Assembly (NCBI GenBank): GCA_032718475.1
Contig: JAUCBJ010008093.1
Location: 3,258-67,257, forward strand
Direction of reading: 5' to 3'
DNA length: 64,000 nt
DNA from: Nemertoderma westbladi
Taxonomy: Eukaryota; Animalia; Xenacoelomorpha
Positions 36,095-47,386 of this stretch are shown piece after piece; within the stretch, counting starts at the first letter, position 1, and each line of letters starts with the position of its first letter. Made by a program: the position numbers and the translations under genes. The notes below the pieces were generated by a model, which did no database searches, was not told the DNA's origin, and worked only from the letters and a program-made list of their open reading frames with translations.

Positions 36095-38448
36095 GTGCCA
36101 ACAATGAAATCAAAGCTTACGTCAAGGATTGGAACCAAAGACAGGTGGACGATCAGCTAAGGGTAACAGCGTCTAGCTGGACCTTCAACGCCGCCGACGC
36201 CCCTTGGTGGGGAGGAAGTTGGGAGAGATTAATCAGGAGCGTGAAGACCGCATTTCACTTTATAGTGTCGTACCGCTTATGCCAGTCTCATCGAGTCCCG
36301 ATTCCCTGGAAGCGCTAACACCCGCGCACTTCCTACTGAAGAAACCTGTAGCCATGCTCCCACAATCGGAAATCACAGACGGAGACGAATACTGCCGGCA
36401 AACTTGGCAACTTATGCAGTTGTTATCCCGTCGTTTCGCTGACCATTTCGAAAAACATTATCTGCCCACGCTACAACTTCGAACTAAGTGGTTTGCGCAG
36501 CAAGAAAACGTCAGCGCTGGAGACATGGTCCTTATTGTGGATTCAGATCTTCCACGTAAGCGGTGGCAGACAGGTCGTATCATCGAGACTCACATCTCGG
36601 ATGACGGTTTGGTGCGATCGGTAGAACTCGTTGTCATGCGACGTAACTTCAAGAAACCGGGAATTGTCTTCGAGACACAGCAGCTCAATCGCCCAGTTGG
36701 TCGTTTATGTTTACTGGAAAGAGACAGAGAACTCTCCGGAAACTATGGAAGAGAAGATACTCTTCCCACGACCACCTCCCTAATCCAACAAACATCTAGG
36801 GACTCCCCAGCTTAGTAGCGTATGGAATGGGTGTGTGACCATATTATTTTATATTCTTATCATTTTATATTTATGTATGTATTATTATGTAATTTTATTA
36901 TAATCATTTTCTTTAATTTTATTTAGTAGAATGTTATTTTAGCGATTATTTAGTAGATTAGTGCAATATATATTCTCGTTTATTACTTAATTACTTATAT
37001 ATTATATATTTAGTGCGACGGCGAGAAATAATTCTTTTTCTCTTTCCTTACTGTCCGTATTACATTACAAATACGTAACTACAGTAATATGAAATATCCG
37101 TACTTATTAAAGTACAATAAAGCTCCTACTATATTCAAGTATTATTGGTAAAGTAGAGTATTAGGAATGCAAAATTCAGATCCTCGTGTCTCGGCTAAAC
37201 AAGCTCTGGGTAGACCTTGGAAACGACTTGCCTCTTCTCACTGACATTGCTTCGTGCGATATTGCTCTCATACCGTATATTAAATAATACATATAGTAGC
37301 GTGATGTCCCTTTAACAGTAGCGTACAACGCAAAATAAATCTGTTAAACCCTTTGACCATCTGTAATTCTAGTCGATTAAGATATCGCGGCACCCACCGA
37401 TATACTTAAAAGACAAAATTCTAGAATCAATGGTTAACGTCCCCAGACATGTTCTGGAATAAACCGGTGCCCATCCTAAATATTAATTATTAATATTTAC
37501 AAAATCTGTCAAATTTTAGATCCTTTAAAATTCTAGTCTATTAAGATATCGTAGCACTTACCGATATTCTTAAAAAGACCAATTTCCTAGAATCAAGGAT
37601 CCTAGTCCCCAGACATGTTCTGGAATAAAATTGTGTCTATTTAATATTAAATAATAAAATTTACGGGAATAAATTTAAATTCATATTTAATGAATTTGAT
37701 AAATTGTCATTTTTATACAATTTATAACATTCTCAAAATTCCATTAATTAATAGATCATGGGAGCGGAGGTTCACCCTATTAAGTGTATTAGTGTGCGAG
37801 AATCTCTGATATATAGTAAATAGCCGATAAAATTCATAAAATCATGTATAAAGAGGAATATTGACAATTAAAGAATTACTATTAAATAGCATCCCAGATC
37901 TGTATGCATGAGAATTACCCTAATTCTACCGCTAGCTTTCCATAATGTCACCATGGCAACAACCACGCTAGAATTAGAAGTGAGTTTAAAGAACAATAAA
38001 GGCTTGCCCCATTGAATAGCATAAGGAATAAATAGCACACTGCTAGTATCCAAAGATACCCAATAATAACGTGACATTCTGGAAGGCACTTGACTAACGT
38101 ACAAATGGCCCGAATGTGTGAGGTTTGTGACAGTTGTGTGGAATTTGTGCGTTTATAGGTGAATGTTACTACTAAAGTGTGTTTACAGTAGCGAGTCGCA
38201 ATTGTGAAAGTAGCCCTAACTCTCCAGTAAGAACCTGAAGTAAATCTAAGCCTTTGGGACGGACGGTGGAGTGACTCGCGCTGGTTGTTGTGGTCGTTGT
38301 GCAGCTACTACGTTGGCGATAGGCACATCGGCGAAAGTACACCAGCGCTGAGGATCTTGCGCTGTCCGGGGGCCGAGAGGGGTAGGCAGCGACGCCCGCT
38401 AGCCTAAATATCAACTCATTATAATATTGATAAACTCATATAGCAGCT

Positions 38449-38895
38449 ATGACTCAGTTGATAGAAGATGATCTTGGTATCAGGGAGAAATATACTCTAC
38501 CGTTGCAAGCGTTTGTTGATAGCTTGATACGCAGCGACGCTAGTCCAACTACTATGGAGGACGATGGTCGTTATATCGAACCGCCGATGTCCCAGGAGCA
38601 ACTTACGCGTGAATTGGACTATCGAAAATTCACTGCTAGCTATACGCATTGTAATGGTACGTATATGGACTTCTTAACTACTGGCCATCCTATCGATTTA
38701 TACGATACGGACGATATCGACACTGAAAGGGAAATGGTCCTGTTTAAATATCATACCCAGCGGAGTCGGAACGATAAATTGAGAATCGAATGCGAAAAGT
38801 CTATTCGAAATCGACTCGAAAGAGAAGACGTTAAAGAACCGGATAAACGCGGTAACTCCAACGTATATTTGGAATTCTTGAGAGAAACATTGTAA
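38449..38895 (+). CDS. Accessory ORF of element A (unknown function; 3' part degenerate)
   Basis: Its first ~125 aa closely match ORF 41655..42053 of element B (M T[Q/E]LIEDDLGIRE[K/R]YTLPLQAFVDSLIR...). Confidence 0.6.
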   Translation: MTQLIEDDLGIREKYTLPLQAFVDSLIRSDASPTTMEDDGRYIEPPMSQEQLTRELDYRKFTASYTHCNGTYMDFLTTGHPIDLYDTDDIDTEREMVLFKYHTQRSRNDKLRIECEKSIRNRLEREDVKEPDKRGNSNVYLEFLRETL

Positions 38896-39261
38896 AACCG
38901 AATAAATATCACCCGCGTTTCCCATACAAGACGTGCGTCTTTGGTATTATTGCAATGAATGCCCAAGACCCAACCAACAAACGGAAAGACATAAACATCC
39001 GTAGAGACGTTGCTTTAAACACGGTTTTACTCGCTATATTTACGGGAGTTTCGAGCGAAACTTGTTCGATGTATCATCTACGCTCGCTCGATTCATACAA
39101 TCCTTAAATAAACCTATGATCAGAGTTCCGGAATACTCGGTCAGACCTCCTCATTCCCTAGTTAGACCTCAGACTCTTGATCCTAATAGCATCATGGATC
39201 CTCCCGAACTGTACTCACTGTTCAAAGATCTAGTGCTACCTGAACAGTTAGTCGGTGGCAC

Positions 39262-40525
39262 TGTACGCGCTTTTGAAGACCTTTAGCAGTTTAACCTGCC
39301 AAAATTTAGATGTCTTTTGATTTATAAATATACTTTAGAAGATGACAAATATTTAATACCAATAAACACAACATTAGCAGAAGCCAGCCTAGTGCGCGTC
39401 CATTCACCCGCTGGATAATCCCGGGAGACTGGATTCTGTCGGCTTAGATTATTATTGCAGTGAAGCTTATTGTACTGTATTATTCGATTGATCGTTAATA
39501 ATTAATTTCTGACTAATATTATTCACTTTCGGGAAATATTAACAGTTCCTTTAGGACGTGGCGCTCTATCTAAGTAAACAGAGATATGACTTATACTAAT
39601 CACAACGGTAAGTCGGTAAGGCTTATGATTCACGTATGAGGCGCATTCTTTAGGAAATGCTTAGTTATCAATCACAATCATGCACACTACCGGTAACACA
39701 CAATACTGCCCACTAATTTGCCGACCGTCAATGATTTTTATCATATATAAAGAGAACAGCAACGGACCAATGTAGTGCTTATCAAATAGCATTAAATTCA
39801 CTACAAACCACAACAATATAAGTCGCAATCGCTATATATAACCCGTCTCTCTAACCTGTAGTGTATCAAGAAAATTGGGAAATTTGGGTTCTTTAGATAT
39901 GTTCTCCAAATAATATTCAACCAAAACACAACAGTAAACAGCATTAAGACGGTAAGTTAAGATATGATATGACAAGATGTGAACAAAGTATTGTTATGCA
40001 TTGATATGAATCGATAACAGTCATACGCTCTATAATTTAAGCCTACTAATGTTTCTTCTAAAGTATGAAAACGAATTGACTCTAGAGCCGTTGTTCCTGG
40101 CCTAGATAGCAACAACACAAAGTATCAAGTAAAAACAGTAAGACTGAACACTCTCCTTATGATCGGCCGAAAAGCTACACGTCGACAGGAAAAATCGCTC
40201 TGATTGGCTCAAGCCAAACAAAGAACCATGCGTCCAATGGCTGTTTCCATGTCAGCAACCAGCTGTTAGATGTCGTAATATGAATCATCACGGCTAAGCT
40301 GTGAAAGGTATTTGGTGCATTGCAGGTTTTTTGCCTTACCATGTCCGCTAAAACACGTATATAGCAGAATGACTTTTATGTCCGTTAAAACACCTGTAAC
40401 GGTACCTTGCGGGCGAGGGGAATATATGTACAGTTAGAGAACCTTTTTAGAGTATTCCAGCGCCTGGGGGGAAACTGGATTGCGAAGCAAAAAGGGGCCA
40501 GTTATATCCCACAGAAGCTTTTACA
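39262..40525 (-). repeat. 3' LTR of element B
   Basis: Minus-strand TGTAAAAGCTTC...GCGCGTACA, homologous to 23361-24546. Confidence 0.75.
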
Positions 40526-40646
40526 CCGCTCCCAGAAAATGGGATTTGAGTCTATAAAATATACAAAATCACAGTTTCTAATATACGTAAATACTCTAAA
40601 CAGTTAGTCTTTCTTGCGCGGACGGTGTTTACGCAGTTTTTTAAAG

Positions 40647-42053
40647 CTAGCCAGAGTCCTTTTCTCTTTGGGGGCGAGCCACTATACAAGGAGGGCTATA
40701 ACTCCTGGGTGAAGGGTGCAATATGATTGCATCAGAGGGTGTAGGATTATGGTCGGTGTATCCGCCAGTCGAAGTACCGGGTTGATTGACATCAACGTCC
40801 GGGGAGAGGGGTCTAACGGCTTTGAGAGCTCGTTTCAAGACAGCCGCTCTTACGGGTCCTTTACGAGTGGTCTGAACGAGGGCCGTGGGTGGACCATAGG
40901 CAGTTAGAAACCTCCAGGGTTTAATGGTCCTTTCCAACTCGCGTTCGCGGGCTCGGTATTCGTAAGGCCGTCGATGTACTTCCTGTAACTCGGGGTGTGA
41001 GTTAACAAACAAGTCTCCATAGTCCGGATCCTGACGGATATAATTGATTAAGTTATAGGAATGAAGGTCGCTAGGATTAACACTCCTGAGAAATTTGCGT
41101 ACGAATTTAGTTGAAATACATTCTCCGACGCGCTTCAGTAGTTCGTAACTCGATATGCGTGATTTCTGTTCGACAGAAGCGAATAGATAAGGATGGAACG
41201 CATAAATTCCTTCATAAGCGCGTCCAGGATAATAACGATGGCGCGAATCACAATGTAAATCAGCGTTCGCTTCCCAAGCTCTGATGTAACGTAGTGTGAT
41301 CATTTCATCTACGCTTTTCAAATCGTGATTAAAAGGGCAATCGAAACTGGCGCGTCCCTTTAGTTGACAATGGTGACATTGAGTCATAAATTGAGGGCAA
41401 ACCGCAAAAATGTGCAAGTTATTGAGTCTGCAATACGCACAATAAATTTCCATCACCGGTTGTTCGTGGAAATAGGAACAGCGGACGTTTGTGTCCATGG
41501 GCGTAACATGGTCTCTCGATGCGCATAACCGACAACGTTGCCGAGAAACATAGTTGGCATGGCGATAATTGGACGCAGTGAGACACTGTGGACCTTGATA
41601 CCATTCTAGGATGTAATCGTTGTCGCTGTTCCGGGCGCGATAGGCTGAATCTCCTCAGATTCTAGGCATATTGGTTCGTCTTCCCAGTCTGTTACGAATA
41701 GAATTTTCGTGATCTATTCTCGGTTTATCGTTCCGACTCTGCTGGGTATGATATTTAAATAGAACCATTTCCCTTTCGGTGTCTACATCGTCCGTATCAT
41801 GTAAATCGATAGGATGGCCGGTAGTTAGGAAGTCCATATACGTACTATTACGATGCGTGTAGCGAGCGGTGGATTTTCGATAGTCCAATTCACGCGCAAG
41901 TTGCTCTTGGGACATCGGCGGTTCGATATAACGACCATCGTCCTCCGTAATGGTTGGATCGGCTTCACCGCGTATTAAGCTATCCACAAATGCTTGCAAA
42001 GGTAGAGTATATCGCTCCCTAATACCAAGATCATCTTCTATCAACTCCGTCAT
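40647..42053 (-). CDS. Accessory ORF of element B, about 468 codons with one in-frame TGA (41655-41657) and three Zn-knuckle-like motifs
   Basis: ORFs 41655..42053 and 40647..41498 share a frame, and the sequence between them is open (GDSAYRARNSDNDYILEWYQG...CRLCASRDHVTPMDTNVRC). Further motifs: CAYCRLNNLHIFAVC and CHHCQLKGRASFDC. Confidence 0.65.
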
Positions 42054-43676
42054 ATCTGCTATCTGAGTTTATAAATATCAAATGAGTTTATATTTAGGCG
42101 AGCGGGCGTTGCTGCCTACTTCTCTTTGCCCCCGGGCAGTGGGATTCTCAGCGCCGATGTACCGTCGTCGCGGTGTTTACGCCAACATGTAGCAACATCA
42201 CGACAACGATAACCGGCACAAGTCACTCCACTGTCCATCCCAAAGGCTTGAATCAACTTTAGGTTCTTTCTATAGGAGAGTTGGGCTACTTTCACAATTG
42301 CGACTAGCTACTGTAAACACACCTTAGCAGTAACATTCACCTATAAACGCACAAATTCCACACAACTGTCACCAATTGTACACATACAGGCCATTTGTCC
42401 GTTAGTCAGTGCCTTCCAGAATGTCACGTTATTACTGTGTATCCTTGGATACTAGCAGTGTGCTATATTCTCTATGCTATGCAATGGGACAAGCTTTCTA
42501 TTGTTCTTTTAACTTGCTTCTAATTCTAGCGTGGGTGTTGCTATGGTGACATTATGGAATGCTAGCGGTAGAATTAGGGTAATTCTCATGCATACAGATC
42601 TGGGATGCTATTTAATAATAATTCTTTAATTGTCAATATCCTCTTTATGCATGATTTTATTAATTTTATTGGCTATTGACTATATGTCGGAGATTCTCGC
42701 ACTCTAATACACTCAATAGGATGAATCTCCGCTCCCATGATCTATTAATTAATGGAATTTTGGGAATGTTATAAATTGTACAAAATGACAATTTATGAAA
42801 TTCATTTAAAATATGAATTTAAATTTATTCCCGTGAATTTTATTATTTGATGTTAAAATTGACACAATTTGATTCCAGAGCAGGTCTGGGGACATAGGAT
42901 CCTTAATTCTATGAAATTTGTCTTTTAAGAGTATCGGTAAGTGCTACGATATCTTAATCGACTAGAATTGTTAACGGATCTGAATTTTACAGATTTTAAT
43001 AAATATTAAATTAATATTTAAGATGGGCACCGATTTATTCCAGAACTTGTCTGGGGACGTTAACCACTGATTCTAGAATTTGTCTTTCAAGTATATCGGT
43101 GGGTGCCACGATATCTTAATCGACTAGAATTACAGATGGTCAAAAAGTTTAACAGATTTATTTGCGATTTACGCTACTGTTAGAGGGACATCACGCTACT
43201 ATATGTATTATTTGTTATAAGGTAGAAGAGCAATATCGCACGAAGCAATGTCAGTGTGAAGAGGCAAGTCGTTTCCAAGGTCTACCCAGAGCTTGGTTTA
43301 GCCGAGACCCGAGGATCTGAACTTTGCATTCCTAATACTCTGCCTACCAATAATACTTGAATATAGTAGTGGCTTTATTGTACTTTAAGAAGTACGGACA
43401 TTTCATCTTACTGTAGTCACGTATTTATAATATGATACGGACAGTAAGGGAAGAGAAAAATAATTATTTCTCGCCGTCGCACTAAATATATATTATAGTA
43501 ATTATGTACGTAATAAACACTAATATATTGCACTAATCTACTAAATAATCCCTAAAATAACATTCTACTAAATAAAAATTGAATAAAAACGATTATAATA
43601 AAGTACATAATAAAGTTCGCATATAAAATGTAATAAAATAGATAAATAACATAGTCATACACCCACTCCAGACGTA

Positions 43677-45453
43677 TCACGTTTGGGAGTCCCTAGATGT
43701 TTGAGGAATTAGGGAGGTGGTCGTGGGAAGAGTGTCTTGTCTTCCATAGTTTCCAGAGAGTTCTCTGTCTCTTTCCAGTAAACATAAACGACCAACTGGG
43801 CGATTGAGTTGTTGCGTCTCAAAGATTATACCGGGCTTCTTGAAGTTACGCCGCATAACAATGAGTTCTACTGAACGCACTAAACCATCCTCCGAGATAT
43901 GGGTCTCGATGATACGACCTGTCTGCCACCGTTTACGTGGGAGGTCTGGATCCACAATAAGTACCATATCTCCGGCGCTGACGTTTTCCTGCTGCGCAAA
44001 CCACTTAGTTCGAAGTTGTAGCGTGGGCAGGTAATGTTTCTCGAAATGGTCAGCGAAACGACGGGATAGCAACTGCATAAGTTGCCAAGTTCGACGGCAG
44101 TATTCGTCTCCGTCGGCAATCTCCGATCGTGGGAGCATGGCTACCGGTTTCTTCAGTAGAAAGTGCGCAGGTGTTAGCGCTTCCAGGGAATCGGGACTCG
44201 ATGAGACTGGCATAAGCGGTCTCTCGTTGAGATAGGCAGCTATTTCCTCCATTAACGTCCGCAAAAGTTCGTCGGTGAGATACGCACGGCATGGCACTAT
44301 AAAGTGAAATGCGGTCTTAACACTTCTAATTAATCTCTCCCAACTTCCTCCCCACCAAGGGGCGTCGGCGGCGTTGAAGGTCCAGCTAGACGCTGTTATC
44401 CTTAGCTGGTCATCCACCTGTCTTTGGTTCCAGTCCTTTACGTAAGCCTGTATTTCGTTGTTGGCACCAATGAAGTTCGTTCCCTTGTCCGATCTCATGG
44501 TATTACTCGTACCGAAGCGAGCGATCTGTCGTCGTAAACTTAAGACGAAACTGTTGGTAGATAGATCGTTCACCATATCGAGATGGATGGCTCTACAAGT
44601 CATGCACACGAAGATGACACACCATCTCTTGACTATAGTCCTCGCACGATATACTTCAATAGGGCCAAATAAATCTACACCAGTATTAGTAAAAGTTGGT
44701 TCATAGAAGCTTACTCGTTCCCTAGGTAATTCTGCCTCTCGCTGTGTTAAAGGCCTACTGAATGCTTTCCTACAGGGTATGCAGTTCCTAAGAACTTGGT
44801 TCAGAGCCCTACGGGGTTTATCAAAATAATAGCGAGTTCGAATTTCGCTAAGAACTCGTTCTCTTCCAGCATGATAAAGCTTACTGTGAACATCTACAAT
44901 CAACTTGATTTGTACTTCAAGATTTCTAATGAGTATGGGGAATTTAGTGTCAAAGGATAAGGGTGCATTGGTTAGCCTTCCTCCAACACGTATTAACCCA
45001 TCTATCATTGTGCTAGAGAATCGATCCCTTAAGCGCATCTGCGGATTTCTCAACAACAGGAAATACTTTTCGGAATCCTCATAGCATTGCAGGAGTCTCA
45101 GTATCTGTTTATTAGTCTCTTCATGCTCCTGGTGACTAATTTTCTCCTTTAGAAAACTGTCAGACACCTTGTATTTAGGTAAGTTTTTAATAACATGAAC
45201 TTGTGCAGATGTCAATGGAGCGTTATCACTAGTGGTCTTCGCCCTGGAGTATTGATGATGAAAGCATCTCTTTAAATATGTGACGGCTTTACAGAGCCGA
45301 TTCCAGGAACTGTAGTGATGCATCGCTCTCTGCAGCAGGGGTGAGATTCCTTGCGAGACGTCTGGTATTCCAGATTTCCAATCTCTATCTCGAATTTCCG
45401 CAACAGACTTATTTATAGCGAGGGATTGTGGATCCAAATCATTGTTTCCGGAA
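43677..45453 (-). CDS. BEL/Pao integrase region of element B (5'-truncated pol)
   Basis: H..H..CIPC, GVDLFGP, SDKGTNF, WWGGSWERL, YLNERPL; uninterrupted frame. Homology to A stops near 45453. Confidence 0.9.
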
Positions 45454-45801
45454 ACCGGTCCCACCCCCGTTTGGACACAGACGGTAACCTGGTGTTTGCA
45501 CTATTGCCAAGTTCCAATAGCGTGAAGCTGCACTAAGTTTATAACGACTTTGACTTTAATCTATTTTATTAGAGTTTTCAGTCTAACTAAAACCCTATTT
45601 TCAGACTTTTTATTTTTTGTTTAAATATTTTAGTACAAGAAAACGACTAAAATACCGTATTTTATGTACTGCACTATTTTCGGTTACAATTATTTTGGAT
45701 TATTTTTCGAGGCTATACTTTGGATCCTAATGGACCCAAAGCACCCCTCACCCCCGGTTTCTCTTTTTCCCTCTTCCCAGAGGTTTTTCTATGGTGTTAC
45801 A
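45454..45801 (-). repeat. Possible LTR fragment of an unrelated element
   Basis: Minus strand starts TGTAACACC at 45801 and contains AATAAA; it replaces the 5' part of B. No second copy is present to confirm it. Confidence 0.3.
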
Positions 45802-46078
45802 TAACGTACGATAGATTACTATCTATCTTACATATGGATATTATCAAGCTGTTGATTTTCACCAGGTCGGTAACTAACTCGTGAAGGATTGCCATCGTCT
45901 TGGTGGTGATATCATTTGAATTATCGGGTGAAGTCTGCAGTCAGAGTTGAGAAACTGGGTGTTGTTGCAGGTTAATCACATCACTTGGGAAACAATAATT
46001 AATTAATTAATCAAATAGAATTAATAGATACATATAATAAACAATGTTACCACCACCAACTTAGTATTCGTCTACTTG

Positions 46079-47386
46079 TCAATGAATACTGCATTTGAAA
46101 GCGAACACAGCGATCAGAGAGAAAATAAATGGCAATCCCAAAAGACTAAGAAGCGAACAAGCGATTTCCATTCCAAAATAATCATTGAGAAAGCCGCCAA
46201 AAATGGGTCCAATAATAGCCCCAAGAGAGAATGCAATTCGCATCAGTTGTTGGATAAGAGCCCTCGTGTCAACATTATCAGGATAACCACAAACTTTGAC
46301 AGCCAGTTGTGTTTGTGTTTCCAGTGCAGGAGTTACGTATAATCCACCCGCGAATCCAAGGAGAGCACATCCAGCAATGGAGATACCGAGATAATGGGGT
46401 AAACCCAGGAGTTCCGTAGGTCCTATTAATTGCATTGATACTGCAAATAACATTGCCCCAAATGCAGTTGGTATGATATTCTTCAATTTCTTCATCATTA
46501 GGGATATTGTTAGTCCAGAGGACACTAAGACACTCGGGAATACCATGTAAATACGACCAATATTGTACTGGTTTACATTGTAGTTGTGGTAAATGTAGGC
46601 GGCATAGTTCGTAATCGTGAAGGCTGCAACTACTCTCCAATAAGTGTTTAAAATAAATATAAGTGTGATTGCTGGATTCTTCAGGACTCCAAGATAAGTT
46701 GGTCTGTTTGATTCACATCTGTCATGAATATAAGCTGGCGACTCCATCCAGCAGTAAAGGATGATAATAAGAAACATCAAACCTGATATTATAAATGGGA
46801 ACTCAAAGCCCAATGAAGCGAAAATAGTTGACCCAAAAACTGGTGAAATCATAACTCCCACGCTGTCACAAACAAATGCTAAACTAGTTAATAAGGTCCT
46901 TTGGTGTGGCCACACCTCCATCAATAGACTGTATGAAAACATGAAACTGATATTGAGTCCAACAGCTTCAATGATGCGCAGTGAAAAACATGTCAATATA
47001 TATAAAAATCCATTGCTGTTGTTTGGAATATATTCTACAAATCCAAATGCCAATTGGGAGACAGCCCCAATAATGCCAAATAAGCCCAAAGAGATACGAA
47101 TTCCCCAATTGTTGATAGAATGGGGAAAATTAATGTATATTATTAATCGAACAATTGAAAACGTTGCCAGTAATGCACCAATCAGAGTCTTCGACCAACC
47201 ACGTTCTTCTACAACTATTGGGAAGAATGACTCCAATAGATTCTGACACCAACCTGGTATCATTTGATACATTAGCAACATGGTCACCAACATGTAAAGT
47301 CTCCAGCCCTTTTGATAGACATTCTGATTTGTCCCAAATATATTTCTTTCACATGAGATAGTAGTGGGAGCCACTTCCTCTGGCAT
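46079..47386 (-). CDS. MFS transporter, SLC18B1-like, intronless (435 aa)
   Basis: About 12 hydrophobic segments; SLC18B1-type motifs FFPIVVEERG, LRIIEAVG, GFEFPFIISG, LIGPTELLGLP and FSLGAIIGPIFGGFLNDYFG. Confidence 0.82.
   Translation of the reverse strand: MPEEVAPTTISCERNIFGTNQNVYQKGWRLYMLVTMLLMYQMIPGWCQNLLESFFPIVVEERGWSKTLIGALLATFSIVRLIIYINFPHSINNWGIRISLGLFGIIGAVSQLAFGFVEYIPNNSNGFLYILTCFSLRIIEAVGLNISFMFSYSLLMEVWPHQRTLLTSLAFVCDSVGVMISPVFGSTIFASLGFEFPFIISGLMFLIIILYCWMESPAYIHDRCESNRPTYLGVLKNPAITLIFILNTYWRVVAAFTITNYAAYIYHNYNVNQYNIGRIYMVFPSVLVSSGLTISLMMKKLKNIIPTAFGAMLFAVSMQLIGPTELLGLPHYLGISIAGCALLGFAGGLYVTPALETQTQLAVKVCGYPDNVDTRALIQQLMRIAFSLGAIIGPIFGGFLNDYFGMEIACSLLSLLGLPFIFSLIAVFAFKCSIH

Larger units (their letters stand above)
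26809..36815 (+). pseudogene. Disrupted BEL/Pao gag-pol of element A
   Basis: Gag (KFNGDEMKW; knuckles CALC, CYNC, CAKC), protease ALLDS, RT (IYMDD), RNase H (HVFGDAS, YWTD) and integrase (GVDLFGP, SDKGTNF, GGSWERL). It is split by frameshifts, stops, three insertions and a deletion near 36270 relative to element B. Confidence 0.92.
23361..39261 (+). mobile_element. BEL/Pao LTR retrotransposon element A (degenerate; 3' end cut by element B)
   Basis: The LTR starts TGTAAAAGCT at 23361, followed by a long leader, gag-pol remnants (26809-36815) and a 3' region with an accessory ORF. Confidence 0.85.
39262..45453 (-). mobile_element. BEL/Pao element B (relative of A), 5'-truncated, inverted against A
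   Basis: Integrase ORF, 3' region and accessory ORF are homologous to A; the PPT GGGAGCGG is followed by TGTAAAAGC at 40525. Confidence 0.88.
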
